A DNA stretch of 64,000 nucleotides from an uncultured Gemmatimonadales bacterium. GTDB taxonomy: Bacteria > Gemmatimonadota > Gemmatimonadetes > Longimicrobiales > RSA9. Under the pieces are notes generated by a model that was not told the origin of the DNA, searched no databases, and was given only the letters and a program-made list of their open reading frames with translations. Each line of letters starts with the position of its first letter. The stretch's first letter is position 1. This document shows positions 29,631 to 39,365 of the stretch, piece after piece. The translations under genes and the position numbers were made by a program. The DNA is taken from NCBI GenBank assembly GCA_963783305.1, contig CAWAMW010000012.1:1-64000 (forward strand), given 5' to 3'.

Positions 29631-31054
29631 GCGACTATCTCTCCGCGGCGGAAGCGGCTGAACTCGACCTGCTGGCCCTCGCGCAGAAGGGTCCCATCCA
29701 CTTCATGGGGATCTGCGGCGCGGGGATGTCGGCGCTCGCGGAGTACGTGGCGCGGTCGGGTGGCGAGGCCACGGGGTGTGACGTGAAAGCGTCGTCGGCG
29801 CCGCCCGCTCTGGGTGCCGCGGGCGTGGAGGTCCGGAGTGGTCATGACGCCTCGCACGTGGAGAATGCGCGCGCCGTGGTGGTGACGTCGGCGGTCCGGG
29901 CGGACCACCAGGAGCTGGTCGAAGCGAGACGCCGTGGCATCCCCGTGCTGAAGCGCGGCGCTGCGCTGGGAGCGCTGGTGAATCGTGGGCGGGTCATCGC
30001 CGTGGCGGGCACGCACGGCAAGACGACCACGACCGGCATGATCGCAACCACGCTGGCGGCGGCCGGTCTGGACCCGACGGCGTTCGTGGGTGGTCGCATG
30101 CCGAGCTGGCGGGGTGGATTGCGTGCGGGGAGTGACCTCTACGTGGTGGAGGGCGACGAGTACGACCGATCGTTCCTCTCGCTCCGTCCCGAGATCGCGG
30201 TCGTCACGACGCTCGAGCCGGATCACATGGAGATCTATGGCGACCTGGATACGCTCTACGACGCGTTCGTCGCCTTCCTCGACCCCGTCCCGGCGGACGG
30301 TCTGATCGCGCTCTGTCTGGATGACGCTGGCGCAGCGCAGCTCGCCGCCCGGCTGCCCCGGGAGCGGGTGCTGACCTACGGTCTGGGCGAGGACGCGGAC
30401 CTGCGCGCGGTGAACCTGCAGCCGGGGGCCGCGGGGACCGCTTTCGACGTGGTGCGAAAGGGCAAATCGCTGGGCGCGTTCCGGCTGGCGGTGCCCGGTC
30501 GGCACAACGTACAGAACGCGCTGGCCACGCTGGCGGCCTCTCTGCACGCCGGCGCGGAAATCGGTGCCGTGCGAGAGGCGCTGGGTGAGTTCCGGGGCGT
30601 GGAGCGCCGGTTCCAGGTGCTGGGTGAGGCCCGCGGGATCACCGTGGTCGACGATTACGCCCATCACCCCACGGAGGTGGAGGTGACGGTTGCGGCGGCC
30701 CGGGAGCGGTATCCGGGGCGGCGGATCGTGGCCGCGTTCCAGCCGCACCTGTACAGCAGGACGCGCGACCACTGGCGGGCGTTCGGCCGTACGCTGGCCG
30801 CGGCCGACGCGGTGTGGGTGACGGACGTGTTCCCCGCGCGCGAGCCGCCGATCGAGGGCGTGACGGGAGAGCTGGTGTCGAGCGCCGCCCGGCAGGCGGG
30901 CGCGACGGTGGTGTACCGGGAGCAGATCGAGGGGCTGGCGGAGGCGCTTGAGGAGTGGCTGAAGCCTGGCGATGTATGTCTGCTCATGGGTGCGGGGGAC
31001 ATCGACGCCCAGGCGCATGCGCTGAAGGCCCTGCTCGCGGGGGGTGGCGAGTGA
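29627..31054 (+). CDS. murC: UDP-MurNAc:L-Ala ligase
   Basis: GICGAGMSALA, GTHGKTTTT, DDYAHHPTE, FQPHLYSRT. Confidence 0.96.
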   Translation: MSDYLSAAEAAELDLLALAQKGPIHFMGICGAGMSALAEYVARSGGEATGCDVKASSAPPALGAAGVEVRSGHDASHVENARAVVVTSAVRADHQELVEARRRGIPVLKRGAALGALVNRGRVIAVAGTHGKTTTTGMIATTLAAAGLDPTAFVGGRMPSWRGGLRAGSDLYVVEGDEYDRSFLSLRPEIAVVTTLEPDHMEIYGDLDTLYDAFVAFLDPVPADGLIALCLDDAGAAQLAARLPRERVLTYGLGEDADLRAVNLQPGAAGTAFDVVRKGKSLGAFRLAVPGRHNVQNALATLAASLHAGAEIGAVREALGEFRGVERRFQVLGEARGITVVDDYAHHPTEVEVTVAAARERYPGRRIVAAFQPHLYSRTRDHWRAFGRTLAAADAVWVTDVFPAREPPIEGVTGELVSSAARQAGATVVYREQIEGLAEALEEWLKPGDVCLLMGAGDIDAQAHALKALLAGGGE

Positions 31055-31791
31055 CGCGGGCGCGGCAGCGCTGGCTCCGGCGCCTGGGATTCGTGTCGGC
31101 GTTCGTCACGGTGGGGGTGGCCTGGGTGTACGCCCCGGACGCGCTCCGCGAGGTGGAGCTCTTCCGGGTGCAGCAGGTGGAGGTGGTCGGAACGCGTTTC
31201 CTCGAGCCGTATGCGGTGGTGCGTGCGGCGGGGCTGGACGCCGGGTCGAGCATCTTCGACAACGCGGCCGCCTGGAGCGCGGGCGTGCGCACGCTGTCGA
31301 TGGTGGAGGAGGTCCGCATCCGGCGGATCTACCCGTCGAAGGTGCTGCTCGAAGTGCGTGAATCGCAGCCGGTGGCCCTCGTGGCGGGGCGCACGCTCCG
31401 GCCGGTGGACGCCCAGGGCCGACTGCTGGAGCTGGATCCGGCGGGCGCCGCTCTGGACCTGCCGATCGCCACCGGAGTGCGGCTGGACGGCGGACGCGTG
31501 GCCGACGGTCCTTCGGCGGCCGCGGTCAGGACGATCGCCGCACTGCTGTCGGGCTTTCCGGACGTGGCTGAGCGGCTGTCGCAGGTAGAGCTGATTGCCG
31601 GTGACCTGAGACTGACGTTTCGGGGTGAAGCGCCGGTGGCGCTGATCTCTGCGGCGGCCACACCGCTGGAGCTGACGCAGCTGAAGCTGGCGCTGGCCGA
31701 CCTGTCGGCCCGTGGGGAGTTGGGGAAGGCGCGTACGATCGACGTCCGCTTCCGTGATCAGGTGATTGTTTCGTTCCCAGACAAATCGTGA
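31051..31791 (+). CDS. ftsQ: Cell division protein FtsQ/DivIB
   Basis: TM helix, POTRA-like FRVQQVEVVG, C-terminal IDVRFRDQVIV; located before ftsA. Confidence 0.85.
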   Translation: MTRARQRWLRRLGFVSAFVTVGVAWVYAPDALREVELFRVQQVEVVGTRFLEPYAVVRAAGLDAGSSIFDNAAAWSAGVRTLSMVEEVRIRRIYPSKVLLEVRESQPVALVAGRTLRPVDAQGRLLELDPAGAALDLPIATGVRLDGGRVADGPSAAAVRTIAALLSGFPDVAERLSQVELIAGDLRLTFRGEAPVALISAAATPLELTQLKLALADLSARGELGKARTIDVRFRDQVIVSFPDKS

Positions 31792-31795
31792 TTCG

Positions 31796-33019
31796 ATGAT
31801 GAGCACGTTCGTCGTGGCAGGGCTGGATATCGGCAGCACGAAGACCTGCGCCGTCCTCCTGGAGGTGACGGTGGAGGAGGGTCGCGCGCCGGCGTATCGG
31901 GTGCTGGGCGTGGGGCAGTCGCGGTCCGGGGGGATCCGGCGGGACGTGGTCACGGACCTGGAGGAGACCACGGAGTCGGTACGGGGCGCCATGAAGGAGG
32001 CCGAGCTCATGGCGGGGGTGCGGGCCGACCGCGTGTTCGCCGGGATCGCCGGCAACCACATCGACGCCAACATCTCGACGGGGGTGGTCGCGGTGGGGGG
32101 CGGTGAGATCGGGCCCGGCGACGTGGATCGGGTGCACGAGGTGGCCCGGGCGGTGGTGGTGCCGAGTGACCGGGAGGTGCTCCACGTCCTGCCCCAGGAG
32201 TACCGGGTGGACGGTCAGGGAGACATCCGGGATCCCGTGGGGATGGCCGGGACTCGACTGGAGGCGGAGGTCTACATCATTACGTGCAGCTCGCCGGCGG
32301 CGGCGAACCTGAGGAAGGCCGTGGGCCGCGCGGGCTACAAGGTGGAGGCGTTCGTCCATGAGCCGGTGGCCACTGCGCGGGCGGTGCTGACCCCGGATGA
32401 GCGGGAAGTGGGCATCGCGATGGTGGATCTGGGCGCCGGGACGACGGAGCTGGCGGTGTTCCGGGAAAGCAAGACGCAGCACCTGGCGGCGATCCCGTGG
32501 GGTGGTGCGGCGATCACGAACGACCTGGTGAAGGGGCTCTCGATCCCGTTCGCCGAGGCGGAGCGGGCGAAGGAGCGCTATGGCGTGGCGTCGGCGCAGA
32601 TGGTGGATCCGCGGGAGACGGTGGATCTGCCGGGCCCGAGCCCGGATTCCCGGCGTGAGGTCGCCCGTGAGCTGATCGCGCACATCATCGAGCAGCGCCT
32701 GGACGAGGTGCTGGAGCTGGTGGTGACGGAGCTCGAGCGGGCGGGCGAGTACGAGGGGCTGGGCGCGGGAGTGGTGCTCACGGGCGGCGGATCGGAGCTC
32801 ACGGGCGCGGTGGATGTAGCGCACCACGTGTTCGGTATGGCGGCGCGTGTAGGCACACCGGGCACGGACCTCGGCGGGCTGGCGGACGCAGTGCGGAAGC
32901 CACGCTTCGCCACGGCCACCGGGCTGGCGCTCTTCGGCGCCGAAACGCGGTTGTCGGGGGGCGGTGGAGCGCCGGGCACGCTGGGCAAGGTCGCGCAGTG
33001 GCTGCGGGAGTTCTTTTGA
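31796..33019 (+). CDS. ftsA: Cell division protein FtsA
   Basis: GLDIGSTK, VDLGAGTT, VVLTGGGS, amphipathic C-terminus WLREFF. Confidence 0.96.
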   Translation: MMSTFVVAGLDIGSTKTCAVLLEVTVEEGRAPAYRVLGVGQSRSGGIRRDVVTDLEETTESVRGAMKEAELMAGVRADRVFAGIAGNHIDANISTGVVAVGGGEIGPGDVDRVHEVARAVVVPSDREVLHVLPQEYRVDGQGDIRDPVGMAGTRLEAEVYIITCSSPAAANLRKAVGRAGYKVEAFVHEPVATARAVLTPDEREVGIAMVDLGAGTTELAVFRESKTQHLAAIPWGGAAITNDLVKGLSIPFAEAERAKERYGVASAQMVDPRETVDLPGPSPDSRREVARELIAHIIEQRLDEVLELVVTELERAGEYEGLGAGVVLTGGGSELTGAVDVAHHVFGMAARVGTPGTDLGGLADAVRKPRFATATGLALFGAETRLSGGGGAPGTLGKVAQWLREFF

Positions 33020-33117
33020 GGGCGGCCTTCGGCCGTGGGAGGCTCGCTGCGCTCGCGGAGGGTGGCCTTTGGCCCCGGGGGGCTCGCTGCGCTCGCGGAG
33101 GGCGGCCTTCGGCCGCG
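33019..33117. repeat. REP-like tandem repeat (about 2.5 x 40 bp)
   Basis: Units GAGGG(C/T)GGCCTT(C/T)GGCC-N-GGCTCGCTGCGCTCGCG. Confidence 0.8.
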
Positions 33118-33268
33118 GACAAGACGGAAGCAGTGCCGGGGGGAGCGGACCGGCTGGCGATAGATGGTCGCGGCAGGATGGGCGGCCGGATGGACAGGAT
33201 GACATTGGATTTTGCACCGGGGTCCCCGGCGATGGTGCCGGCACTCCATCAACCCAGGGAGGGTTTCC

Positions 33269-34603
33269 ATGATGATCTTCGAGTTTGAGGAAGCGGCGGC
33301 GCAGAACGCGCGGATGAAGGTCGTCGGGATCGGCGGAGGTGGCGGGAACGCCGTGAACCGCATGATCGACGAGGACCTGGACGGCGTCGAGTTCATCAGC
33401 GTGAACACGGACGCGCAGGCGCTCAAGCAGTCGAAATCGCAGCTCAAGATCCAGATCGGGAAGAAGCTCACCCGGGGGCTCGGGGCGGGCGCGCGTCCGG
33501 AGATCGGGCGGCAGGCGATCGAGGAGAGCCGGGACGAGGTACGGCGCTCGATGGAGGGGGCGGACCTGGTGTTCGTCACGGCCGGCATGGGCGGTGGGAC
33601 CGGCACGGGCGCGGCACCGGTCATCGCAGAGATGGCGCGGGAGATGGGCGCGCTCACGATCGGTGTGGTGACGCGCCCGTTCATGTTCGAGGGTCGCAAG
33701 CGGATGCGGCAGGCGGAGCAGGGGCTACAGGAGCTCCGGCGGACGGCCGATACTGTGATCGTGGTGCCGAACGAGCGGCTGCTGAGCGTGGTGGGGAAGG
33801 GCACGTCCTTCCGGGACGCGCTGAAGAAGGCCGACGAGGTCCTGCTCCATGCGACGCGTGGGATCAGCGATCTGATCCACGTGACCGGCGAGGTGAACGT
33901 TGATTTCGCCGACGTACGGACGGTCATGGCGAGCCGGGGCCCGGCTCTCATGGGCACCGGTCAGGGGCACGGGGAGAACCGGGCGGTAGACGCGGCGCAG
34001 GAAGCCATCTCCAGTCCGCTCCTCGACAACGTCTCGATCTCGGGCGCACAGGGTGTGTTGATCAACATCACGGGGGGCATGGACCTGACGATCGACGAGG
34101 TGACGACGATTGCGTCGATCATCCAGGAGGCGGCGGGCGAGGAAGCGGAGATCATTTTCGGTGCTGTGCATGCCCCGGATTGCGAGTCGGAGGTGCGCGT
34201 GACGGTGATCGCCACCGGCCTGATTACCGATGAGGAAGCCATGATGCCTCGCTCGAACGGCGTGCTGCGGCCGAGCTTCGCTCGCCCGGAACGCGCAATG
34301 GCCACGGCCCCGTCGGGCGGAAACGGCTACGGCGGCTTCAGCGGGTCGAAAGGGAACGGCGGTGGGAACGGCAGTGCGCCGACCCACGGCAACGGCAACG
34401 GCAACGGCCGTGCGAGCGGGTACGGTCGCGAGTCGGTCCAGAGCGCGCCGTCCATGAGCATGCGCTCGGCGCAGGCCGGCGGCTCTGGCGACCGGGAGTA
34501 CGCGGAGGCGGTGCCGTTCCCCCGGCCGCCCGAGCGCCCCCTTGCGCGCAACCAGCTCACTGACCTAGACATACCGACATTCATTCGCCGACAGATGGAC
34601 TGA
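33269..34603 (+). CDS. ftsZ: Cell division protein FtsZ
   Basis: [26 protein letters not shown]-terminal [11 protein letters not shown]. Confidence 0.98.
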   Translation: MMIFEFEEAAAQNARMKVVGIGGGGGNAVNRMIDEDLDGVEFISVNTDAQALKQSKSQLKIQIGKKLTRGLGAGARPEIGRQAIEESRDEVRRSMEGADLVFVTAGMGGGTGTGAAPVIAEMAREMGALTIGVVTRPFMFEGRKRMRQAEQGLQELRRTADTVIVVPNERLLSVVGKGTSFRDALKKADEVLLHATRGISDLIHVTGEVNVDFADVRTVMASRGPALMGTGQGHGENRAVDAAQEAISSPLLDNVSISGAQGVLINITGGMDLTIDEVTTIASIIQEAAGEEAEIIFGAVHAPDCESEVRVTVIATGLITDEEAMMPRSNGVLRPSFARPERAMATAPSGGNGYGGFSGSKGNGGGNGSAPTHGNGNGNGRASGYGRESVQSAPSMSMRSAQAGGSGDREYAEAVPFPRPPERPLARNQLTDLDIPTFIRRQMD

Positions 34604-34622
34604 CGGAGTCCCAGAGAAATCG

Positions 34623-35894
34623 ATGAAGATCCGAATCCGAGTGGCGCTGCTCGGCCTGCTGGCTTTGTTGGCCGTGGGTTTTGCGGTCGAGCAGCCAACC
34701 GTCGTCCTGGACCCGGCGGGCAACGCGCCGACGCTGAATCCGGTGTACGCCTCACCGGTGGAGGCGGTCGAATCGCACGTGCTCCGCAGTGGGGAGAGTC
34801 TGTCGGAGGTGTTCGAGAGAGCGCATCTGGCCGGCTCGGATTTGAGCGGACTGGTCCTGTCGCTGCGGGAGTTCGTGGATCCCCGGCGAATCCTGCCGAA
34901 CACTTCGGTGCAGGTCCGGCAATGGGCAAACAATGGCCGGCCGCGGGCGGTGGACGTGGTCCTGAACGCCGACAGCACAATGCGGATGCATCGGCGGTCG
35001 GTGGGCTGGTACGGGGAGATCATGCTCACGCCGACGGTGGTGGATACGGTGGCGATCGGGGGCATGCTCGGGGCCGGTGGGAGCCTGTACTCGGCCGTGA
35101 TCGGCCACCCCGGGCTCAAGCTGCCGCGGAAGGAGAAGGAGGCGCTGGTCTGGCAGCTGGCGCATATCTACGGGTGGGAGCTCGACTTCGCCCACGACAT
35201 GCGCGCGGGGGACACGTACCGGGTGGTGTATGAGCGGGAGGCGCGCCCGGACGGAACTTCGCGCGCTGCGAAGGTGCTGGTGGCCGAGATCGTCACGCAA
35301 AGCCGGACTCTGCCGGCGGTCTTCTTCGACCCGCGCGGCGACGGCGGCGACTACTACAATGCGGAGGGGAAATCGCTGAAGCTGGCGTTCCGCCGGTATC
35401 CGGTGGATTTCCCGCGGATCACCTCGAACTTCAACTGGCGGCGCTACCACCCCATCCTGAAGCGTGAACGACCGCACCTGGGCACCGACTTCGGCACCGG
35501 CCGCGGCGCGCCCGTGCTGTCCACGGCGGACGGCGTGATCGCAGCGGCGGGATGGGATGGCGGCTATGGCAACCTGGCCAGGATCAACCACGGAAACGGG
35601 TACGAGACGCGCTACGCGCACCTGAGCCGGTTCGCTCCAGGGATCCGTCGCGGGACCCGGGTGAAGCAGGGTCAGGTCATCGGCTACTCCGGGGACACCG
35701 GTCTGGCTACCGCGCCCCACCTGCATTACGAGATGCGGCATCACGGGAAGCCGGTGAATCCGCGCACGGTGCGGCTCCCCGCCGCCCCGCCGGTGCCGCC
35801 CGAGCACATGCCGATCTTCCGGACGCTCACGGCGCAGCGGGTGGCCCTGCTTCAGGCGCTGGACGTGTCGATCACCGGCGCTCTCGCGGAGTAG
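34623..35894 (+). CDS. M23 family peptidoglycan DD-endopeptidase (MepM-like)
   Basis: HLGTDFG (HxxxD), YAHLS, PHLHYE (HxH). Confidence 0.92.
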   Translation: MKIRIRVALLGLLALLAVGFAVEQPTVVLDPAGNAPTLNPVYASPVEAVESHVLRSGESLSEVFERAHLAGSDLSGLVLSLREFVDPRRILPNTSVQVRQWANNGRPRAVDVVLNADSTMRMHRRSVGWYGEIMLTPTVVDTVAIGGMLGAGGSLYSAVIGHPGLKLPRKEKEALVWQLAHIYGWELDFAHDMRAGDTYRVVYEREARPDGTSRAAKVLVAEIVTQSRTLPAVFFDPRGDGGDYYNAEGKSLKLAFRRYPVDFPRITSNFNWRRYHPILKRERPHLGTDFGTGRGAPVLSTADGVIAAAGWDGGYGNLARINHGNGYETRYAHLSRFAPGIRRGTRVKQGQVIGYSGDTGLATAPHLHYEMRHHGKPVNPRTVRLPAAPPVPPEHMPIFRTLTAQRVALLQALDVSITGALAE

Positions 35895-35973
35895 ACTTCA
35901 GCTCTTCCCGATCGGCCATGGACCGGAGCGCCCGGGTGTAGTAGACCTACCGGGGCGCTCTTGGTTTTTGTGG

Positions 35974-36114
35974 GGGTGGCTCGGCTGACGCCTCGCAGGG
36001 TGGCTCGGCTGACGCCTCGCAGGGTGGCTCGGCTTTGCCTCGCAGGGTGGCTCGGCTTTGCCTCGCAGGGTGGCTCGGCTTTGCCTCGCAGGGTGGCTCG
36101 GCTTTGGCCTCGCA
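35974..36114. repeat. Tandem repeat, 6 x 23-24 bp (GGGTGGCTCGGC-N-GCCTCGCA)
   Basis: Six contiguous near-identical units with no spacers. Confidence 0.9.
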
Positions 36115-36198
36115 GGGGTTAGGTTGGAGGTGGGGTGGAGGGGAGAGGCGGTGGGAGCGCTGTCGGGGACGATGAAACGGGGAAGGAATCGAGGTAGA

Positions 36199-37134
36199 GT
36201 GGCCAAGGGAAGACTGTTCAGGACGGGTGAGGAAAGGAAGAGCCTCTGGCAGCGCGTGAAGGACGTGGCGCTCACGGATGTGGGCGTGGTCATGCGGGGC
36301 GGGCTGGACCACGATTCGCTGGAGCGGCTGGAAGAGCTGCTGCTGGCGAATGACTTCGGGGTGAAGGCCACGCTTCGGCTCGTGGACCACGTGGAGAACC
36401 TGACGCGGACAGGGAAGGTGGCGACGGAGGCGGAGCTCCGGGGGGCTGTGGAGGACGAAATCCACCGGATCCTCGTCGCCGGCCAGTCCGAGGCCGAGCT
36501 CCACCTGCCGCCCCGGGGTGAGCTGGCTGTCGTGCTGGTGGTGGGCGTGAACGGAGTCGGGAAGACCACGACCATCGGGAAGCTGGCTCGACGGCTTGGG
36601 CGCGAGCGGGATCGGATCCTCCTGGCCGCCGGCGACACGTTCCGGGCGGGCGCCATTGACCAGCTGCGGATCTGGGCGGAGCGGTCGGCGACGGAGTTCG
36701 TGGGCGCGCACCCGGGAGCCGACCCGGCCTCCGTCGCGTTCGATGCCGTCGATGCCGCGCGGGCGCGTGGCTGCGACACGCTCATCGTGGATACCGCGGG
36801 CCGGCTGCATACGCAGGGCGACCTGATGCAGGAACTGTCGAAGGTCGGCCGGGTGATTGCCCGGAAGGTGGAGGGCGGACCGCACGAGACGCTGCTGGTC
36901 CTCGATGCCACCGTGGGCCAGAACGCGCTCCGCCAGGCGCAGCAGTTCAACGACGCGCTGGAGCTCACCGGGATCGTGCTCGCCAAGCTGGACAGCACGG
37001 CGAAGGGCGGTGTGATCGTGGCGCTGAAGGAGGAGCTGGATCTGCCGGTGAAGCTGGTGGGGACAGGGGAGGGCCTGGACGACCTGGAGCCGTTCGACGC
37101 GAGGCAGTTCAGCCGGGATGTGCTGGAGGGGTAG
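36199..37134 (+). CDS. ftsY: SRP receptor FtsY
   Basis: GVNGVGKTTTIGKLA, DTFRAGA, DTAGRL, KLDSTAKGG. Confidence 0.96.
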   Translation: MAKGRLFRTGEERKSLWQRVKDVALTDVGVVMRGGLDHDSLERLEELLLANDFGVKATLRLVDHVENLTRTGKVATEAELRGAVEDEIHRILVAGQSEAELHLPPRGELAVVLVVGVNGVGKTTTIGKLARRLGRERDRILLAAGDTFRAGAIDQLRIWAERSATEFVGAHPGADPASVAFDAVDAARARGCDTLIVDTAGRLHTQGDLMQELSKVGRVIARKVEGGPHETLLVLDATVGQNALRQAQQFNDALELTGIVLAKLDSTAKGGVIVALKEELDLPVKLVGTGEGLDDLEPFDARQFSRDVLEG

Positions 37135-37150
37135 GGCCGGCCTGAGGCCG

Positions 37151-37220
37151 GCGGGAGGGCGCGCTTTGCGCGCGGGGCGCTCGCTTCGCTCGCGGGAGGG
37201 CGCGCTCCGCGCGCGGGGGG
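37151..37220. repeat. REP-like repeat related to 33019-33117
   Basis: Two GCGGGAGGGCGCGCT..GCGCGCGGGG units separated by CTCGCTTCGCTC. Confidence 0.65.
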
Positions 37221-37274
37221 CCCTCTTGCCGCACCTCTTTGCTGCGGGGGGGGCCGCGATGGGGTGCGTGCGCC

Positions 37275-39365
37275 GTGACTGGTAACGCGTTTCTGCTCGA
37301 TCGGCCCGCCCAGTACCTGAAGGGGGTGGGACCGCGACGGGCGGAGCAGCTGGATCGGTTGGGGATCCGGTCGTCGAGGGACCTGGTGCTGCACGTGCCG
37401 CGTCGCTACGAGGACGCGAGCACGGTGGCGCCGATCTCGTCGCTGGAGGTGGGCATGGACACCACCGTCATCGGGGAGGTGGTGAGCAAGGGCGTGCTGC
37501 CCACGCGGAAGGGGCTGCGGATCTTCCAGGCGGTGATCCGGGACGCCAGCGGGCTGATCGAGTGCTCATGGCCGGGGCAGCCGTTTCTCGACCGGAGCAT
37601 CCAGAAGGGGGACCGGCTGCTGGTCACCGGACCCGTGCGCTTCTTCCACGGCCGGCAGGTCCAGCCGAGGGAGCACGTGGTGCTCGACTCCGGCGATGTT
37701 CCGGGCGAGGCGGGGCGAGTGCTTCCCCTTTATCCCTCCACCGAGGGGCTATCCCAGCGGATCCTCCGGAATATCCTGGATGCCAACCTGGACCGCTTGC
37801 TGCCGCTGTTCGATGACCAGGAGCCATTTCCACCAGAGCACCTGGAGCGCGTAGGGGTGCCGCAGCTCCGGCGGGCACTGGAGTCGCTTCACCGGCCGCC
37901 ATCGATCGCGGCGGCGGAGGAGGGGCGGCGGCGACTGGCGTACGGGGAGCTGTTCTTCGTGCAGCTGCTCCACGCGCGTGCCCACCACCTGGCGACGGCG
38001 GAGCGGGAGGGGATCCGGTTCGAGCGCACGAACGAGCTCCTGCGGCCGTTCCACGAGTCGCTACCGTATGAGCTGACGGAGGCGCAGAAGCGAGTCGTCC
38101 GGGAGATCGTCGGGGACATGACGTCGGGGCGGCGGATGAACCGGCTGCTCCAGGGCGATGTGGGATCCGGGAAGACGGTCGTGGCGGTGCTGGCCATGCT
38201 GCTGGCGGCGGAGTCCGGGTACCAGGCGGCGTTGATGGCCCCGACGGAGCTGCTGGCGGAGCAGCATGATCGGAACGTGCGGGAGATGGTGGAGGGGCTG
38301 GGGCTGAACGTCGTGCTGCTCGTGGGGCGGCAGGGTGGATCTGAGCGTGCGGCCGCACGCTCGGCGGTGGCGAGCGGCGCCGCGCGGCTGGTGATCGGGA
38401 CGCACGCGCTGATCCAGGAGGGGGTGGAGTTCAGGCGTCTGGGTCTGGTGGTGGTGGACGAGCAGCATCGCTTCGGAGTCCGGCAGCGCATGGCGCTGGC
38501 GGAGCGCGGGTCGGGAGGCGCCGAGCCTGACGTGCTGGTGATGAGCGCGACGCCGATTCCGCGCTCGCTGGCGCTGACGCTGTACGGCGACCTGGACGTG
38601 AGCGTCATGGACGAGCGCCCGCCGGGTCGCCAACCGGTGAGGACGGCGCTCCGGGACGATCGGACCGCGTCGAAGGTGTGGGAGTTCATCCGCGAGCAGG
38701 CGGTGGCGGGGCGGCAGGCGTACGTGGTCTACCCGCTGGTCGAGGAGTCGGAAAAGGTGGACCTGAAGGCTGCCACGGCCGAGTACGAAAAGCTGTCGAC
38801 GGAGGTCTTTCCGGAGCTGCGGGTGGGGCTGATGCACGGCCAGATGCCGGGGCAGGAGAAGGACGCGGTGATGCGATCCTTCGTGACGGGAGAGACGCAG
38901 GTGCTCGTCTCCACCACGGTCATCGAGGTGGGCATCGACGTGCCGAACGCCACGGTCATGGTGATCGAGCACGCCGAGCGGTTCGGGCTCTCACAGCTCC
39001 ACCAGCTCCGGGGCCGCATCGGCCGCGGCGCCGAGGAGAGCTTCTGTGTGCTGATCGCGGGTGGCGGCCCCGACTCCATGGAGCGGCTCCGGGTCCTCAC
39101 GGAGACCGACGACGGGTTCGAGATCGCGCGGGCCGACCTCAGGCTCCGCGGGATGGGCGATCTTTTCGGCGCCAAGCAGCACGGTCTTCCAGACTTCCGC
39201 TTCTTCGACCCGGAGCGCGATGAGGCGCTGCTCCTCACCGCCCGGAACGAGGCGTGGCGAGTCGTGCAGTCCGATCCGGAACTACGGCAGCCGGAGCACG
39301 CCCGCTACCGCGACGAGCTGGTGCAGCGTCACGGTGAGCGGGCGAAGATGTACGAGATCGGCTGA
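37275..39365 (+). CDS. recG: ATP-dependent DNA helicase RecG
   Basis: [38 protein letters not shown]. Confidence 0.97.
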   Translation: MTGNAFLLDRPAQYLKGVGPRRAEQLDRLGIRSSRDLVLHVPRRYEDASTVAPISSLEVGMDTTVIGEVVSKGVLPTRKGLRIFQAVIRDASGLIECSWPGQPFLDRSIQKGDRLLVTGPVRFFHGRQVQPREHVVLDSGDVPGEAGRVLPLYPSTEGLSQRILRNILDANLDRLLPLFDDQEPFPPEHLERVGVPQLRRALESLHRPPSIAAAEEGRRRLAYGELFFVQLLHARAHHLATAEREGIRFERTNELLRPFHESLPYELTEAQKRVVREIVGDMTSGRRMNRLLQGDVGSGKTVVAVLAMLLAAESGYQAALMAPTELLAEQHDRNVREMVEGLGLNVVLLVGRQGGSERAAARSAVASGAARLVIGTHALIQEGVEFRRLGLVVVDEQHRFGVRQRMALAERGSGGAEPDVLVMSATPIPRSLALTLYGDLDVSVMDERPPGRQPVRTALRDDRTASKVWEFIREQAVAGRQAYVVYPLVEESEKVDLKAATAEYEKLSTEVFPELRVGLMHGQMPGQEKDAVMRSFVTGETQVLVSTTVIEVGIDVPNATVMVIEHAERFGLSQLHQLRGRIGRGAEESFCVLIAGGGPDSMERLRVLTETDDGFEIARADLRLRGMGDLFGAKQHGLPDFRFFDPERDEALLLTARNEAWRVVQSDPELRQPEHARYRDELVQRHGERAKMYEIG

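Noticed and set aside
35974..36114. CRISPR array
   Set aside because: The units are contiguous with no unique spacers, and there are no cas genes.
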